Source: Lingula anatina (lineage: Eukaryota; Animalia; Brachiopoda). From it: a stretch of DNA of 64,000 nt. The translations under genes and the position numbers were made by a program. The stretch lies in NCBI GenBank assembly GCA_051362555.1, contig CM120640.1, positions 2,046,001 through 2,110,000 of the forward strand. Reading direction: 5' to 3'. The notes below the pieces were generated by a model, which was given only the letters and a program-made list of their open reading frames with translations, was not told the origin of the DNA and ran no database searches. Below are positions 1 to 12,417 of this stretch, piece after piece (position 1 is the first letter of the stretch; each line of letters opens with the position of its first letter).

Positions 1-686
1 AGGATGTTGATGTCGACATACTCTGATGAACTCAAAATGTGTGTGAAACAGCATATTTCAATGACATATATTTTAATTAGCATATATCATATGTATCATT
101 TTTTAAAATCAGTTGATTTTGGTATGGTATGGTATAAAAAACGTATTTGTGTAGAACAAATCTGTCTATACATTGCAGTATTATCAAGGTTCTACCAAAA
201 AAAAAAAAAAGTAGCCAGTTCAGATATAGATACTTTACTAGTGAGGAAGGAGCTCTAATGTTGTTAGGTATTAACCATTTGGGATATGGTAAAAGGACTG
301 ATCCCCTTGTGTAGTACTCCTTCACTGCTGTAATCAGACTAGTTTTCAGCATAAATCAGAAATCCATTTTTTTCCTTGGTGGCTTTCCACTAAAAGCAAG
401 TCCCATAGCCCCCTGTTGTAAGACCACCACCATTTCTTTCTACTTCAAAGTTTTATTTTTTCTTACAAATTCAGAACTGATGTACTTGTATATTAGGCGT
501 CTTAAAATAATAAGGATAATAGTAAATAATAATAATAATACTTTGAGCATATAATGAGTTATGTTTATAAGCTCTCTAAACTTCTGTCTGTATACCATTT
601 GGAATAATAAAAAGACAGCCACAGTATCTGTTCTGGTGTATACATCAAGGGCTGCAAACACAGCATCATCATGATCTGATGTGTAA

Positions 687-911
687 GACCCCATTCCCAT
701 AGATTTTAGATCAATCTATCCCTGTGGGGAGACTCACTAGATTACTGTCAGCTTAGCCAGCTTAAGCGTCTGTCCCGCCTACTTAAAGCTATAAGGGGGT
801 AATTAACTATGGTGCGCGCTTGGCTGACTGCAATTTAGTGTGAACCCCCAGGGAGTTGGGTCGATCTAAATCTAAATCTCTGGATCGATCTAAATCTCTG
901 GGAATGCACCC
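687..911 (+). mobile_element. PIF/Harbinger (Tourist-like) MITE, family 1 copy 1
   Basis: About 225 bp, closely similar to 49030-49255 and, inverted, to 57620-57848. Imperfect TIRs centred on AGATCGATCTA. Flanked by TAA (684-686) and TTA (912-914). Confidence 0.8.
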
Positions 912-1255
912 TTAGTTCAGAGTAATAATGGAGACTGATGCCAGCCAATCCTGGAAACCAGTTTTCTCTGTAATCATTGTGGCCATCAATGTGGCCTCTT
1001 AAGTCATTTATTACATGGGATTCCAAATGTCACTGTTCACTGTGAAGATCAAGAGAACTGGGTACGGTAATGACGCAATCTTTTCGATGGGTGAAAATGA
1101 TCAAACTTTGAGATACATCATTTTAAAACCATAAAAATTATATTTTTATATAGCAAATGTGGTGCTTTTAATGCATAGAATAGGACTATAAGGTAGTCTG
1201 CTTTTCAATTTTGTTGCCACCACTGAATAGGATTGCTCGTATTTTAAGAAATTAT

Positions 1256-1507
1256 GGCTTCGTTCACATGCAATGTCTATTTTCTATTTTCTATTTTCTA
1301 TTTTCGGTATGTCTTATGATCACGGTCTGTGCACTGAATATCCCGCCGCGTAATTACTGGCAGCGCGAGCCAGTTACTTATAGTAACTTATAGTAACTGG
1401 CTCGCGCTGCCAGTAATTACGCCGCGGGATATTCAGTGCACAGACCGTGATCATAAGACATACCGAAAATAGAAAATAGAAAATAGACATTGCATGTGAA
1501 CGAAGCC
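1256..1507. repeat. Long near-perfect palindrome (foldback/MITE-like), ~120-bp arms
   Basis: GGCTTCGTTCACATGCAATG...CAGTTACT is the reverse complement of AGTAACTG...CATTGCATGTGAACGAAGCC. The arms differ mainly by one CTATTTT unit (4 vs 3) and 2 substitutions. Very short spacer; TAT on both flanks. Confidence 0.9.
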
Positions 1508-1573
1508 TATTACTTTAAAAAACAGTATCTGTAAAATTCACAATTTTCCACCATTGAAAAGATGGAGTAATTA

Positions 1574-1796
1574 TACCCCCTTTACACTGGACGGCGTCCT
1601 TTCTGCGTCCTTTCAGCGACCATGAAATTTGGCATCGCTGTGGTCTTAATAAGGAGGCATGAGCATTGATTTTGTGACAGAATGAATGCTCAATGATCGG
1701 CTAGTTGTCGGCAAGTAAAGCAATATAATTTTTTAACTCTCAAATGAGGCCGTACTGCTGGACGCAGAAAAAACGCCGTCCAGTGTAAAGGGGGCT
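1574..1796. mobile_element. Harbinger-like MITE
   Basis: ~35-bp TIR: CCCCCTTTACACTGGACGGCGT..TTCTGCGTCC / GGACGCAGAA..ACGCCGTCCAGTGTAAAGGGGG. TTA direct repeat at 1571-1573 and 1797-1799. Confidence 0.75.
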
Positions 1797-3236
1797 TTAC
1801 CATACACTGCTGCAGTGGTTGATAGACTGTCAGGGAAAAGTTACCATGGTTCCAATATAACACTGATTGCTCAAGGCCAGGGTAAGAATAGTGATTTAAA
1901 ATGAACTGAAAAGATGTAGTGAGTATGAAATGGAATAAAGCTAGATATGGATATATACCTTTGGATTTTGGCATTCTCTCTGTCAAGCAATTGCAGCAGC
2001 AGTGATTGGATTTCTGTAAAAAAAAAATTAAAAACTGGTAAAATAGAAATGTGTTCATGATTTGAACAGGGGCCGTAAAGAGCACTCGCACTCGTCCATT
2101 TCCATAAAACACGGATATAAAAAGTATAATGGCTTCCTGTAATTCTTAGCTAGGTAGCTACATACATATGGTCTATTGATTTATTAAACCAGAAACTATC
2201 GTGGAAAATCCTGAAAGAACACTTAATCTGATTATTTCAGGAGACAGTTGAAAGGGACATTAAGTAGGATATATCATCTTTTTTTCAAACAAGGTTTAAC
2301 CTGGTAATGTCATTTGAGCAGAGCCAGCCTATTGCCCTAATCGCCAGTACAGGAAGTGAGCTCCAATGGGAGGGAGAGAGATGCGTTTTTAACATTATAC
2401 ATCAGAATATCTTGTGGGGTTGCTTGGGAGCACTGCTTCCAAGTAGTTCATAAAAAGATGTCATGTGTTTTTTGGGATTTAAAGGTACATTATTGTTACA
2501 AGGATTCATAATCTTGTAATTTTCAGCTGAATTTATTTGATACTTAATGTGTGTGTGTGCGTGCATTAATGCTTGTTCTAGATTTAATTGTATCAATTTC
2601 ATTAGTGATCTTATTATGTGAATTTGACCAGTCTAATAAGCCAATCCTATCTTGTTTAAAACTTTTTTGGTTGCGCAGATTGATTTTGTAGTCGTAAATT
2701 GCCTTAGGGCAAAAATGCGATGAAGCTAAATAGGAATAGTGATTTTGCTTATTATAGAATTTTTAAAGCCACTTAACGTTCTAACTAAAGCGACAGTGAT
2801 GAATTCCCCTTTTCTCTTTTGTCATATTTTGCTTGAAATGATCACTATTAATGCTCTCTTGGGCACCCTCACTTCTCAGCTTCATCTCACAATACACATA
2901 TCCCTGCTCGTTAACTCACAAATGTAGTCATTAGTCTTTATCCGGAGATTTATAGGACTTCTTATGTTGCAGTGCACCAGCTTTGCTGCCAGCACTCTGA
3001 GCTTGGCAACTGATACAGCCACCAAGGAAGACAAGAACAGATTACTAGTTGGTGAGTAGTTGCAATTGAAGGCTGGGAGAAGAATTCGGGCTTATTTCCC
3101 AATGACACTAACTTTATACCTAGATCGATCCAACTCCATGGGGACTCTTGCTGAATGCAATCATATTGAACAAATTAATATGCCTCTTCTTGATTCCAAC
3201 ATACTTGTATAATCACCAGTTTTTCTGCAGTGTACA

Positions 3237-3517
3237 CAACACCAGGGGGAGGTGTGTTAGTCTGGTAATATAACTGCATTCAGCCAGAGTTCTCAACACC
3301 AGGAGGAGGTGTGTTAGTCTGTTAATATAACTGCATTCAGCCAGAGTTCTCAACACCAGGGGGAGGTGTGTTAGTCTGGTAATATGACTGCATTCAGCCA
3401 GAGTTCTCAACACCAGGGGGAGGTGTGTTAGTCTGTTAATATGACTGCATTCAGCCAGAGTTCTCAACACCAGGAGGAGGTGTGTTAGTCTGGTAATATA
3501 ACTGCATTCCGCCAGAG
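3237..3517. repeat. 57-bp minisatellite, ~5 copies
   Basis: Unit ACCAGGRGGAGGTGTGTTAGTCTGKTAATATRACTGCATTCAGCCAGAGTTCTCAAC repeated head-to-tail (3241, 3298, 3355, 3412, 3469). It explains the 19-aa repeat ORF 3213..3674. Confidence 0.95.
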
Positions 3518-3664
3518 AGCCTGCGGAGTTGGTAAGATCTACGTAGAACAATACTTCATTGGGAGTGAGCCCTTTGACACACACGTTAAGTTCCACAAAA
3601 CCCCTACCACCCAAATACCTTGGCCTTCCTGCATGCGCAGCTGCATTGGCTTCATTGCATTCAA

Positions 3665-3951
3665 GCCTATCCAACTACCAGACTCAGCATCGAATGATCC
3701 TAAATTCACTGATAGGTCGGATCATGCTTCCCATTTTCAAGGTGTGTATCAGTACACATTTCACTGTATCATACCCCAGGACAAATTTTGTAGAAGTAGC
3801 GCATGAATCCTGATAAGATGCACTACTTTCCAAACCTGCTCAGAATCATCGCTATCACATTGCACAACAGGCAAGAGGGTGCTGCGTCTGATACTTCGAA
3901 GCACCGATGAATTTTTTATTTTTCGTTGCCGAGTCTGGTAGTTGGGTAGGC
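3665..3951. mobile_element. MITE-like element with 30-bp TIRs
   Basis: GCCTATCCAACTACCAGACTCAGCATCGAA (3665-3694) matches the reverse complement of 3922-3951 at 27/30. No clear TSD. Confidence 0.6.
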
Positions 3952-4825
3952 CTGGCATTGGAAATGTACTGCATAGAAAAGACATGTTTGTGTCCAAAAT
4001 TTTGACAGTTGTGGATTTTGATTCTAAGCTTCACGTGTTGCAATTCATTACACTCTATCCATTGGATGTTGTTGTTGTATTCCTTAGTTACTTAACACTT
4101 TTTTTACTCAGAAGTGAAAATCGCCTGTGCCAGCAACAAAACCATGCATGAATTCGTGTGATATTCAGTATGCTTTCTTTGTCGTGTTCTCACAACTTTA
4201 TTGTAATGTGTAAAATTGATATTGTAAGCTGCTTTAGTTTCTCTTGTAACTGTTGTCATTAGTAGTACTAATGTTAAGATGTCAGATGCTAAGTGGCAGA
4301 GTAGCTGTACGGTAATAACTCACTGAGTTTGAACAAAATTTATTAATAGTAGTTCCCAAAGCAATCCTCTGTTAACAAATCCATAGAAGCTGATTCATAT
4401 GTAACATTGTTTTGAAAAATGAGTTGGAACATGTCAGAGGATATGTTTTTGTAAAAAATGAGAACTGCAGATCTTGAAAAATGAAATATGAACGAGAAAC
4501 TTTGTTAAAATTTGTGAATGCTTACCGTACAAAGCTGGATGTCAGGAATTAGGAAAGGGGGGACTCATTAATTTCCTTTCAGTTAAAAAAAGGATTCCTA
4601 TTGTAGTAATGTGGGATTTTTGAGAAGTTGGGCAGATAAAAACATTTTTGGTTGAACAAATAATTATTTTCAGTTTGTCAAATTTGTCAACTCAGAAGAA
4701 ATTTTTTCCTATGAAAACTCCCACTTCCTGACTCCAGTATTCACTGTGTTCTCTAGTGCACACGTCACTGCATGAACTTTGTAGTCTGCATGTTGTTTTT
4801 TCTTCCTTTTGTGTAGGTTTCAAAC

Positions 4826-5026
4826 ATGTCCAGTGTCCAGCACCAGCGTAAGGTCGTAGAACAGCTACGTCGCGAGGCACAGTTACAGCGCAAGCCAGTG
4901 TCGGCAGGGACGCGCAATATCATTAATTATTGCAATCAAAACATGAGCAGTGATGCTCTCGTTGTTGGGTTTGCTTCCCCGAAAGAAAATCCATTCAAAG
5001 AAAAGAGCAGCTGTGTAATACTATAG
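4826..5026 (+). CDS. Guanine nucleotide-binding protein gamma subunit (Ggamma-1 here), 66 aa
   Basis: GGL-domain features: VEQLRREA..RKPVS, DALVVG, ENPFKEK, and C-terminal CAAX CVIL. Single coding exon preceded by a polypyrimidine/AG acceptor at 4816-4817. AATAAA at 5378 and 6038. Confidence 0.95.
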   Translation: MSSVQHQRKVVEQLRREAQLQRKPVSAGTRNIINYCNQNMSSDALVVGFASPKENPFKEKSSCVIL

Positions 5027-6554
5027 GGATGAACAGAAACTGGCTTTCATGGGACTTTTTTTTCTTTTGCTGTGTCTGGGTTATGTCCTCTAGTCATACC
5101 CTCACCACCAGTATAACAACTTCTGAGCTAACCAAGTTTTATAAGACAATGATATAAATATATATATATATAAATATATTGTCCCCATATGTTGGATGTA
5201 TATGAATTTCTATGTATTAGCCTTGGGAGGTTTATATTTTGTATCTGACTGAAGTAAAGATAATCTGAAATGAAAAATGTGATACAAATCAGAAATACGG
5301 AGATTAGATGCTTAATTTAATCTGTATATCCTCTGAAATCCTTGCCCTGAAAATGTTCTTTTTTCCTACCAAAGATAAATAAAGAGTTTCATTGATCTTT
5401 TCCCTTGCCTTTATTTATAATCTTGAGTCATTTACCTGAAAAATGCTAAGAATATTTTTCCAGTTTAATGGAACTTCCCTGCAATTGTTTCTGTCTATCA
5501 TTATAGGTGGCAGCACCAGCCTGTCACAAAAAGTAGTCTTGGTAGCTTGTCTTGGTGAACATACCATAGCATGTATTAAAATCAACGTATCCAGTAATAT
5601 TTGTCAGTCAAATTAACCAGCTTGAAAGTTTATTGATATTTACTCGTCTGATGTTTGTGTTGTGTAAAAAGCTCTGTCGTTCTCGTGTTTACAAGTGGAA
5701 AAGATAAGGTTTTGTACATCCCGTGCTGACGAGTTTTATTTGTAGATCAAAATGGCTATGGCCACCAGTTTGTTGCCCACTGCCCATGGGTGACTATTCA
5801 ACTCTTGGTATTTACTGTCTTTACTCAGGGGCAAGTTACTTTGAAACATAAAAAAGAAAAAACTTTGTAAGTGACCATGAAGGTACAGTCCAGTCTAAAA
5901 ATTGTCAAAAAAATTGCAAGTTTTTTCCACTTGTCATCTTGAACTGAGCTCAAATCTTTGTCTGCTTCTTGTGTAATATTGTATTGTGGTTTCCAGTGTT
6001 CTGTGTATGTATCTACTACAGTATGCTTCTGTACTGAAATAAACTCTTCTTGGGTGTTTAAAACTTTACTGATATTCCTGTTGTAAAGTGCAGTGTAGTC
6101 AATGTGAGTATCGTAAGTTTCGTAACTGAATTTTTTTATTCAGGTTCATATTAATTTGGCCATATTATATACTTGGGATTACAGCGGAAGCTGTGGAAAG
6201 GGGATTTTGCTACTGTCTAGAAACGGGAAATTTAAGATATTTTGGTATAATTGAGTTAATTAAAAAAAATCAATAATGTGTGCTCGCCGCCCGGTCTTAC
6301 TGAATGTCGTGCACTTAATCCACTCGTTAAATGTGACCACAGCTGATCACCCACTTATCCCTCTCTCCCACCATTTCCATCCCTCTCTCCCACCATTTCA
6401 CCAAAACACGTTTCAGGGCAGACGAGGTCGTTATTGCGTTTGCTCACCAACCGCATCTCCCGATGTTCAACCGAATGAGGTTCCTTGTTTTTGCGTAACT
6501 AAACGATGAAGACCTTTCAGCGAGGGGCCCTGGGCGTTTACCAGAGCCCCATCC

Positions 6555-6816
6555 CACGTGGATCAGACATGTCCTAGTAAATATTTGGTTAAAGATATAA
6601 GCTATAAATAAGTGATATATAAGACGTCAAATAAAAAAATAATTCCTATGTTACAATTGTTATAAATTTTAAGAATAGTTAAGCAGTGCCTCAGCCCGAT
6701 AGCGGCACGTGAGACGTGGGTCTCATTCTGATTATAAGCCCCAGTAAGGTAGTACATATTTCTACTCGCTACCACCAGTCATATCGCGGCAACCCTCTGG
6801 AAGCGGCAAGGTGAGT
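6555..6816 (+). promoter_or_regulatory. Putative promoter and non-coding first exon of the second Ggamma gene
   Basis: CACGTG at 6555 and 6706, TATAA at 6733, and a strong donor CAAG|GTGAGT at 6810/6811 that could splice to the acceptor at 8814-8815. Inferred, with no transcript evidence. Confidence 0.45.
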
Positions 6817-8836
6817 TTTGTCTCGGGTGATGGTACATTGTATGTGCGAGTCCCAGCACGTCCTTCTCCTGCACTGTTTTATCCATTGCCACTGGGGAAG
6901 AAACTACGTAATTACAACTGTTTATGAATTTGCATTTTTCTCGTGGCCAAAATATTGGATTGATTGCTTACACTACCGCTCTGTTGACTTTGCGTGTGGA
7001 CCAGTGTTAGGTCTGTCATATTGCCGCCTTTTCCCGCCGCCTTTCCTACCCGTATGACATTTTAGTGTGACCCCTTGCTAATGATTAAAACTTCAACGAA
7101 ATTTCTGTTTGTGACATGCCCCCTCACTCCACTCCGGTATCAGCTTTATGTATAATAGCATGGTTTTTTTATTCGTTCTTGAAATCGCATACAATCTGGC
7201 TTATTTCATCCTCCTTGCTTTCCACGTAGTCTTTTACATTATAAGTGTTAGTAGGCGCTTCTAGGAATGTGTTGATTGTGAAATGAAACCTGCGTCGTCT
7301 TTTCTAGACCCAAATTACTTTTCATGCAGAAAACCTCTAATTTGACGACGATATCATATTAAAGAAAAAATATTTATAAAATAACATATTACACGACAAA
7401 CTGGCGTGGCCGCTCTCCACCCACAAGCTGCTTATTGCGTTCTCTAAGCACTCTCTCCCCCTTATTCATTGCATGTGTAGTGAATCGATGTTTAATTTCG
7501 TTTGTTCTTTTATTCTGTAGTTCATAGTCATTCTTTTAAGTTTATGGTTTTTGTTTCTTGTAGTCTTAGCTGTGCTGGCATCCTATGACGAAGGCCTTGC
7601 CCGGGGACTTGTTCTGTCTCTGTGCTGCAGAAGTTTTGGTTTGAATTCTAAGTGATCTCTAAATCATGAACCAGCAAATTTATGCAAGAGTAAGCAGTTA
7701 CTGTTTATTTTTATTGCACTCTTGACCACCTAGAAGTTCTGTCTGCTTGAAATATCTGAATTTTGTTAGATCCCATTTCTATCAATTCTGTTTTATTTAT
7801 CGTAGGCAATTTAATACCTACATGCGGCTGCTTGTCGCGGAATAAAACCACAAAATAAATAAGTATAAAGACCATAATGCAACAATTTCATCTCGTGTTT
7901 GCCAGCAATTTTCCAAATTTCGACATTCTTTCTGCCATCGATATTCTGTAGTTGAGGCTGCTACATGCCAACGCTCATGCTGCTAACAAAATTGGGTTTC
8001 AAGCAGGAAGGCGACAGTGGTAGGCCTACTTTTTATACGCGTGACACTGAAATAAAGGAATAAAATGATATATACAGGTTTATTTTCGAAGGCTGATTGT
8101 TAGTGGAGTTAGACTGGCCGTCTGACGTGACGTGGGTATTTCCTAGGGCTTGTTATTTACCTCAAAAAACTGTTTCTTCTTGGAATATTAATATATAACG
8201 TGTCCCATACTACATGTTCATATTGTTCAATCAAACAAAACGATCAGATACCTCACTGATACTTATGCACACTTGCTTTCAACATTCTTAAATACTCAGA
8301 GCATCTATAGTCACATCTTAGATAGCAATGTTTCTCCAATGTTTCATTAAAAGCATGAATCGTAGACAGATATCGCAGTGTTTAGTGGCATGTTCTATAC
8401 TACGTGAGTTGTGTCTTCTATTCTTCTGGCTGGGCACTTCTTGAAAACCTCTCTTGGTCGCCTATTAAAAAGGAAAATTTGACCTTGAATTCGTATGTGA
8501 ACATAGGCCCGAGGAAACAACAACAGTATTTTTAAAAATACGGCCATCTGTGTGTTTATTTACATGAGAATGCCTTTCTGAACGCAGAGGCATTAGTACC
8601 AGAGTATGTTTTATTTCATCCCCTTTCCTATTAAATCAAATTTTATACAAATCCGCAGTGATTTTTCCCCCATTTTCAAAGCTGATACTGTAACTCGGAA
8701 ATTCCGTTTGAAAATGAGCTAATTTATTGAAAGATAACCATAATGTCAGTCCGACCTGTCACCTGGCTGTGAATTGTGTGTATTGTTTCTCCACGTTTTC
8801 CTGTGTTACTTGCAGGATACTCGTTATCTTCTGAAC

Positions 8837-9049
8837 ATGAACAAGTTTCAAGAAGGTTTACAGCAACAGCGAAAGCTGGTGGAGCAACTCCGTTTAGAAG
8901 CCAGCGTTCGTCGGCTCCCGGTGTCGGAATGCGTGGAGGAGTTGAAGAAATACTGTCTTCAGCACCAGGAGGACGACGTGCTGATCACGGGCTTTGCCAA
9001 ACAGAGTGATAACCCCTTCAAGGAAAAGGGAGGCTGCACCATATTATGA
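8837..9049 (+). CDS. Guanine nucleotide-binding protein gamma subunit (Ggamma-2 here), 70 aa
   Basis: MNKFQEGLQQQRKLVEQLRLEASVRRLPVSECVEELKKYC..DDVLITGF..DNPFKEKGGCTIL, with CAAX CTIL. The ATG at 8837 follows the acceptor TTGCAG ending 8815; the ORF-track start at 8774 is intronic. Confidence 0.95.
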   Translation: MNKFQEGLQQQRKLVEQLRLEASVRRLPVSECVEELKKYCLQHQEDDVLITGFAKQSDNPFKEKGGCTIL

Positions 9050-11154
9050 TTACACTTACCGCAAGTTCTTGAACTTTTCTACTTTGATACTAGATATGAT
9101 GCTACTATTATCAAACTGTTGGCGAATTGGCCTATTTGACATGTGTTGTAAAACGTATTTTCTAAGGACGTAAGTGGTTGAAGCGATGATCTGAATACTT
9201 ATACATAGAATATTTGACATAGATCTGTAGTAGTAATAATTATGAACGTGCACATTGTGTAGTACACCGACTTTTACTAGATGGAGAATGCTGCACGGAG
9301 TAGTACAGAAATATACAGATCTTTTTTTATAAAAAGGCAAACTATTTTTGGAAAATTGTGAGTTTGATCTTTTGAAAAAAAAAAAAGAAACCAACAAAGG
9401 TGTTTTCAATGTGCATGTTTGTTTTTGTAGAACGCGTAGTTGTAGTTTATGTCTGTCGATTTATAAGTAGGTCTGAATGTTTTCAAAGTTTATATCTTAG
9501 ATATGTTAGGGTGATAAACCGGGATGTGTAGTTGAAGTATCGGGGAAGCTACCCTATCATCACTCTCCTTTCTTTCTTGGTCCTCTTCAAAAATGCTCCA
9601 TTCATTCTTATCCTTAATCTTTTTCGTTTGTTCTGAATAATTACATCTTATCTCTATTTTTATGGTGTTTTTTCCGAGTTGAACGGCCACAGACGCCCTG
9701 TTGTGAGTCCAACAAACAATTTCTTCCAACTTTTTCTAAGAGCCCAACAAACGATTTTTCCCAACTTTTTCTTACAGCCCCAAATCATGTCTTACATTTA
9801 TGCACGTCTATTTTTCTCTGTTCTTCCTGGCCGGCTTATGGCCTATAGACCCGATACCCTACACACGATACAAATAAGTGAGACACTTACCAAGTGATAA
9901 ACTTAATAAGCTTCCCAATTTTATTACATATGTTATCCAGAGCTGTGAAGTAGAGAAATAATAGATTACAATATAACTATATTATAATACACGTTTCTCG
10001 CCAAAGTTTTATCCACCAAGTATAGGTATTTGTCTTAGTTGTAATGCATGGAGAGTAAGTGTATGAGACAAAGCCGCTTTTATTGAGAAAATAGTGTTCA
10101 AATAAAATGGTATATCTTTTAATGAAATTATTAATTAAAAGTTATGAAGTAATTAAGTGCAATACTACGCAACTGTAGCTTGTCTATAGCTGCTTGAATG
10201 GTGTACATGTATGAGTAATAAAATGAAATTCATATTTATCTTGTTCTTAACATGTGTTTTATTAGGAAAGGCACAAGCGTTTCAATGATAGTAACTTGGT
10301 GAAAAAAAATAACGGATTGTGTCAAATAATGAGTAGCATGATTTGAATCAATCAGGTATATTTTTAATGAAAATCGCTTTTACAATAATACATCACAAGA
10401 TTAATACCTTCATCTACATGTACCACCAAAAAGGTTTTACAGAATCGTGAAAAATAGTCTTACAACAAATAACGATCTGATCGTGCCAATAACTTACACT
10501 GTTGTGGAAAGATGGCGCTACTGACCATTGCTCACTGGAGACGCTGACTCTGGCGACGAAAGAGCGTTGTCAAGTCAAGATAATAGCAAATCTCCTAAAT
10601 CAAAGTGATTTAAATCAAAGTCATATTAACTAAGAACTGGAATGTTTATCTAAACTTTATTTTAAAAGTTGAAACTCCAACCGATCAAATATTATAGATC
10701 ATTTGATATTAGCAGGATAAATGTTGGACATTGTCAGCGAAAATATGAAAGGAATTCATAGAGAAATGATTTATTGTACAACGTAAGAATTGCTTTTTCC
10801 AAGACGCCTCTCTTCTTCACCCAGTGCCAAGGTGACGTGGTCAGTTGAGAAGGAATGGGCACTAAAAGTACAGAAAGAGGGTTACCAAGTAAAACCAGTG
10901 CAGAGCATTTCGCTGGATCTGTGCCAGTTTTTGGTGTTTTGTATCGTTTTTGCATGTAGCTAAAAGTACGGCGCCTTGCAGCTACGCATGGGTAACACCA
11001 TATTCATCACGAATTTCATTTTTTTTTTCATTTTCGCTGAGTTATGTCAGCAGAGTGAACTTTTTATTGTAATTTGCCAGTGTTCTATGCTTTTCTGTCT
11101 GTTTTACATCTCTATGATAGTATATTATAGATTTCCCTAAGTTTTTGTAAATTT

Positions 11155-11159
11155 TATAT

Positions 11160-11190
<31 letters not shown>

Positions 11191-11204
11191 TTATTATTAT
11201 TATT

Positions 11205-11238
<34 letters not shown>
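11155..11238. repeat. Compound microsatellite (TTTA)n(TTA)n(TG)n
   Basis: Directly visible. Confidence 0.9.
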
Positions 11239-11240
<2 letters not shown>

Positions 11241-12100
11241 CGTTGAGTGCGTCATCCATCGACTTATGTATTCACATAACCACGCAAATCATGTATACGT
11301 TTTATAAAGCACATGTCCCCACACTGGTGTATATTCGCTGCCCTGGGGAGCATGACTGCCGTCTCTTGCCTGTCCCTGTTCATAACGTTGTCGCGTCTCA
11401 CGTGAACTTTGAGCTCCAGGTCTAAAACCCAGTCTGGGCGACTCAATAGGAAGAGGGGGGCTGAACAGACTGACATGGAGAGGTTTTTCTTAGAATATTG
11501 ATTAAATGTTTTAGAATGTTAATTTAATTTACATATTTTCAGTTTATATTTGAAGGCTGTCTATACTACAGTATATATATACAATGCGTATTACGAAATA
11601 CTTCTTATAAATAATACTTATTACAGAAATGAATTAGGACGTGCAAATCGCATGTGATTATGAATTGTTCAATTAAGCTCGAGAAAAATTTGCATCATTT
11701 ACGTAAAATCTGCCGCGAAACCTCATTGAGCTGCCGGATTTCAATCAACCACGTAATCAACCATATTCGTAGTTGATTAAAATGTTTTTACCTAAACTGA
11801 TTTCAGCCGTTATAATCCCCAGCTTGTCAAAACAGGCGATGACGTCTGAGCAGGCTGCCGTAACGATGTCATTACAGCATTAAGATAATTAACAGCATAT
11901 TTTTCTTGACAGGCAGTAGATGATTAAAATAAATTTAAATGAATGACGAAATCAAAACGTTCTTTATGTATAATTCGTACGGTTTGTTTCCTTGCCTTTG
12001 TTGCCCAAAGACACAATTAACGTAATAAGTGACAAGATCGTTTTGATGTGGACTGACATTCATGGTGTGGAACTGACGGTAATAAAACAGTGACGGGCCT

Positions 12101-12417
12101 TATTACCTCCTCAGAGCAAGTTTAAATTGTGCGCAGATCAAGTCTAAATTGTGCCATCGTTGGCCTGTTAGATACATGTATCAGTCTTTACCCCAAAAAC
12201 TTATGGGCGGGTTTTGACATAATTTTTCGGATAGGCCAGAATGGGGCCAAACTTTGATTGGGTTAGATTTGGTGGTGATCTGTTCAATGATTTGGTTAAT
12301 TGGAATTAAAAATGAGCTGCCCTATTTTGAGTCCTGAGATAACTTGAAACAAAGCTCTACTATAGCTCAGGGTGGGCTGCCCTCGCAGAGATCTAGTCTC
12401 TCAGTGGTTTTCTAGTT
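12101..12417 (+). mobile_element. Degenerate Helentron/DINE-1-like non-autonomous element
   Basis: Begins TATTACCTCC.., has internal ..TTAGATTTGGTGGTGATC.., and ends ..CTCTCAGTGGTTTTCTAGTT. This architecture resembles metazoan HINE elements; recognised by pattern only. Confidence 0.5.

Noticed and set aside
440-700. DDAVFAALDVY resembles the C-terminus of Bax-inhibitor/TMBIM proteins
   Set aside because: Spacing to the following conserved Asp is wrong, the start lies inside a MITE, and there are no supporting exons.
3213-3674. 153-aa ORF with 19-aa repeats; also considered as a CRISPR-like array
   Set aside because: It is explained by a 57-bp head-to-tail minisatellite with no unique spacers. 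There are no cas genes and the context is eukaryotic.
10804-10963. Open frame ..QKEGYQVKPVQSISLDLCQF.. as a possible third Ggamma
   Set aside because: No DPL/NPF motifs and no convincing CAAX context; similarity is limited to KPV.
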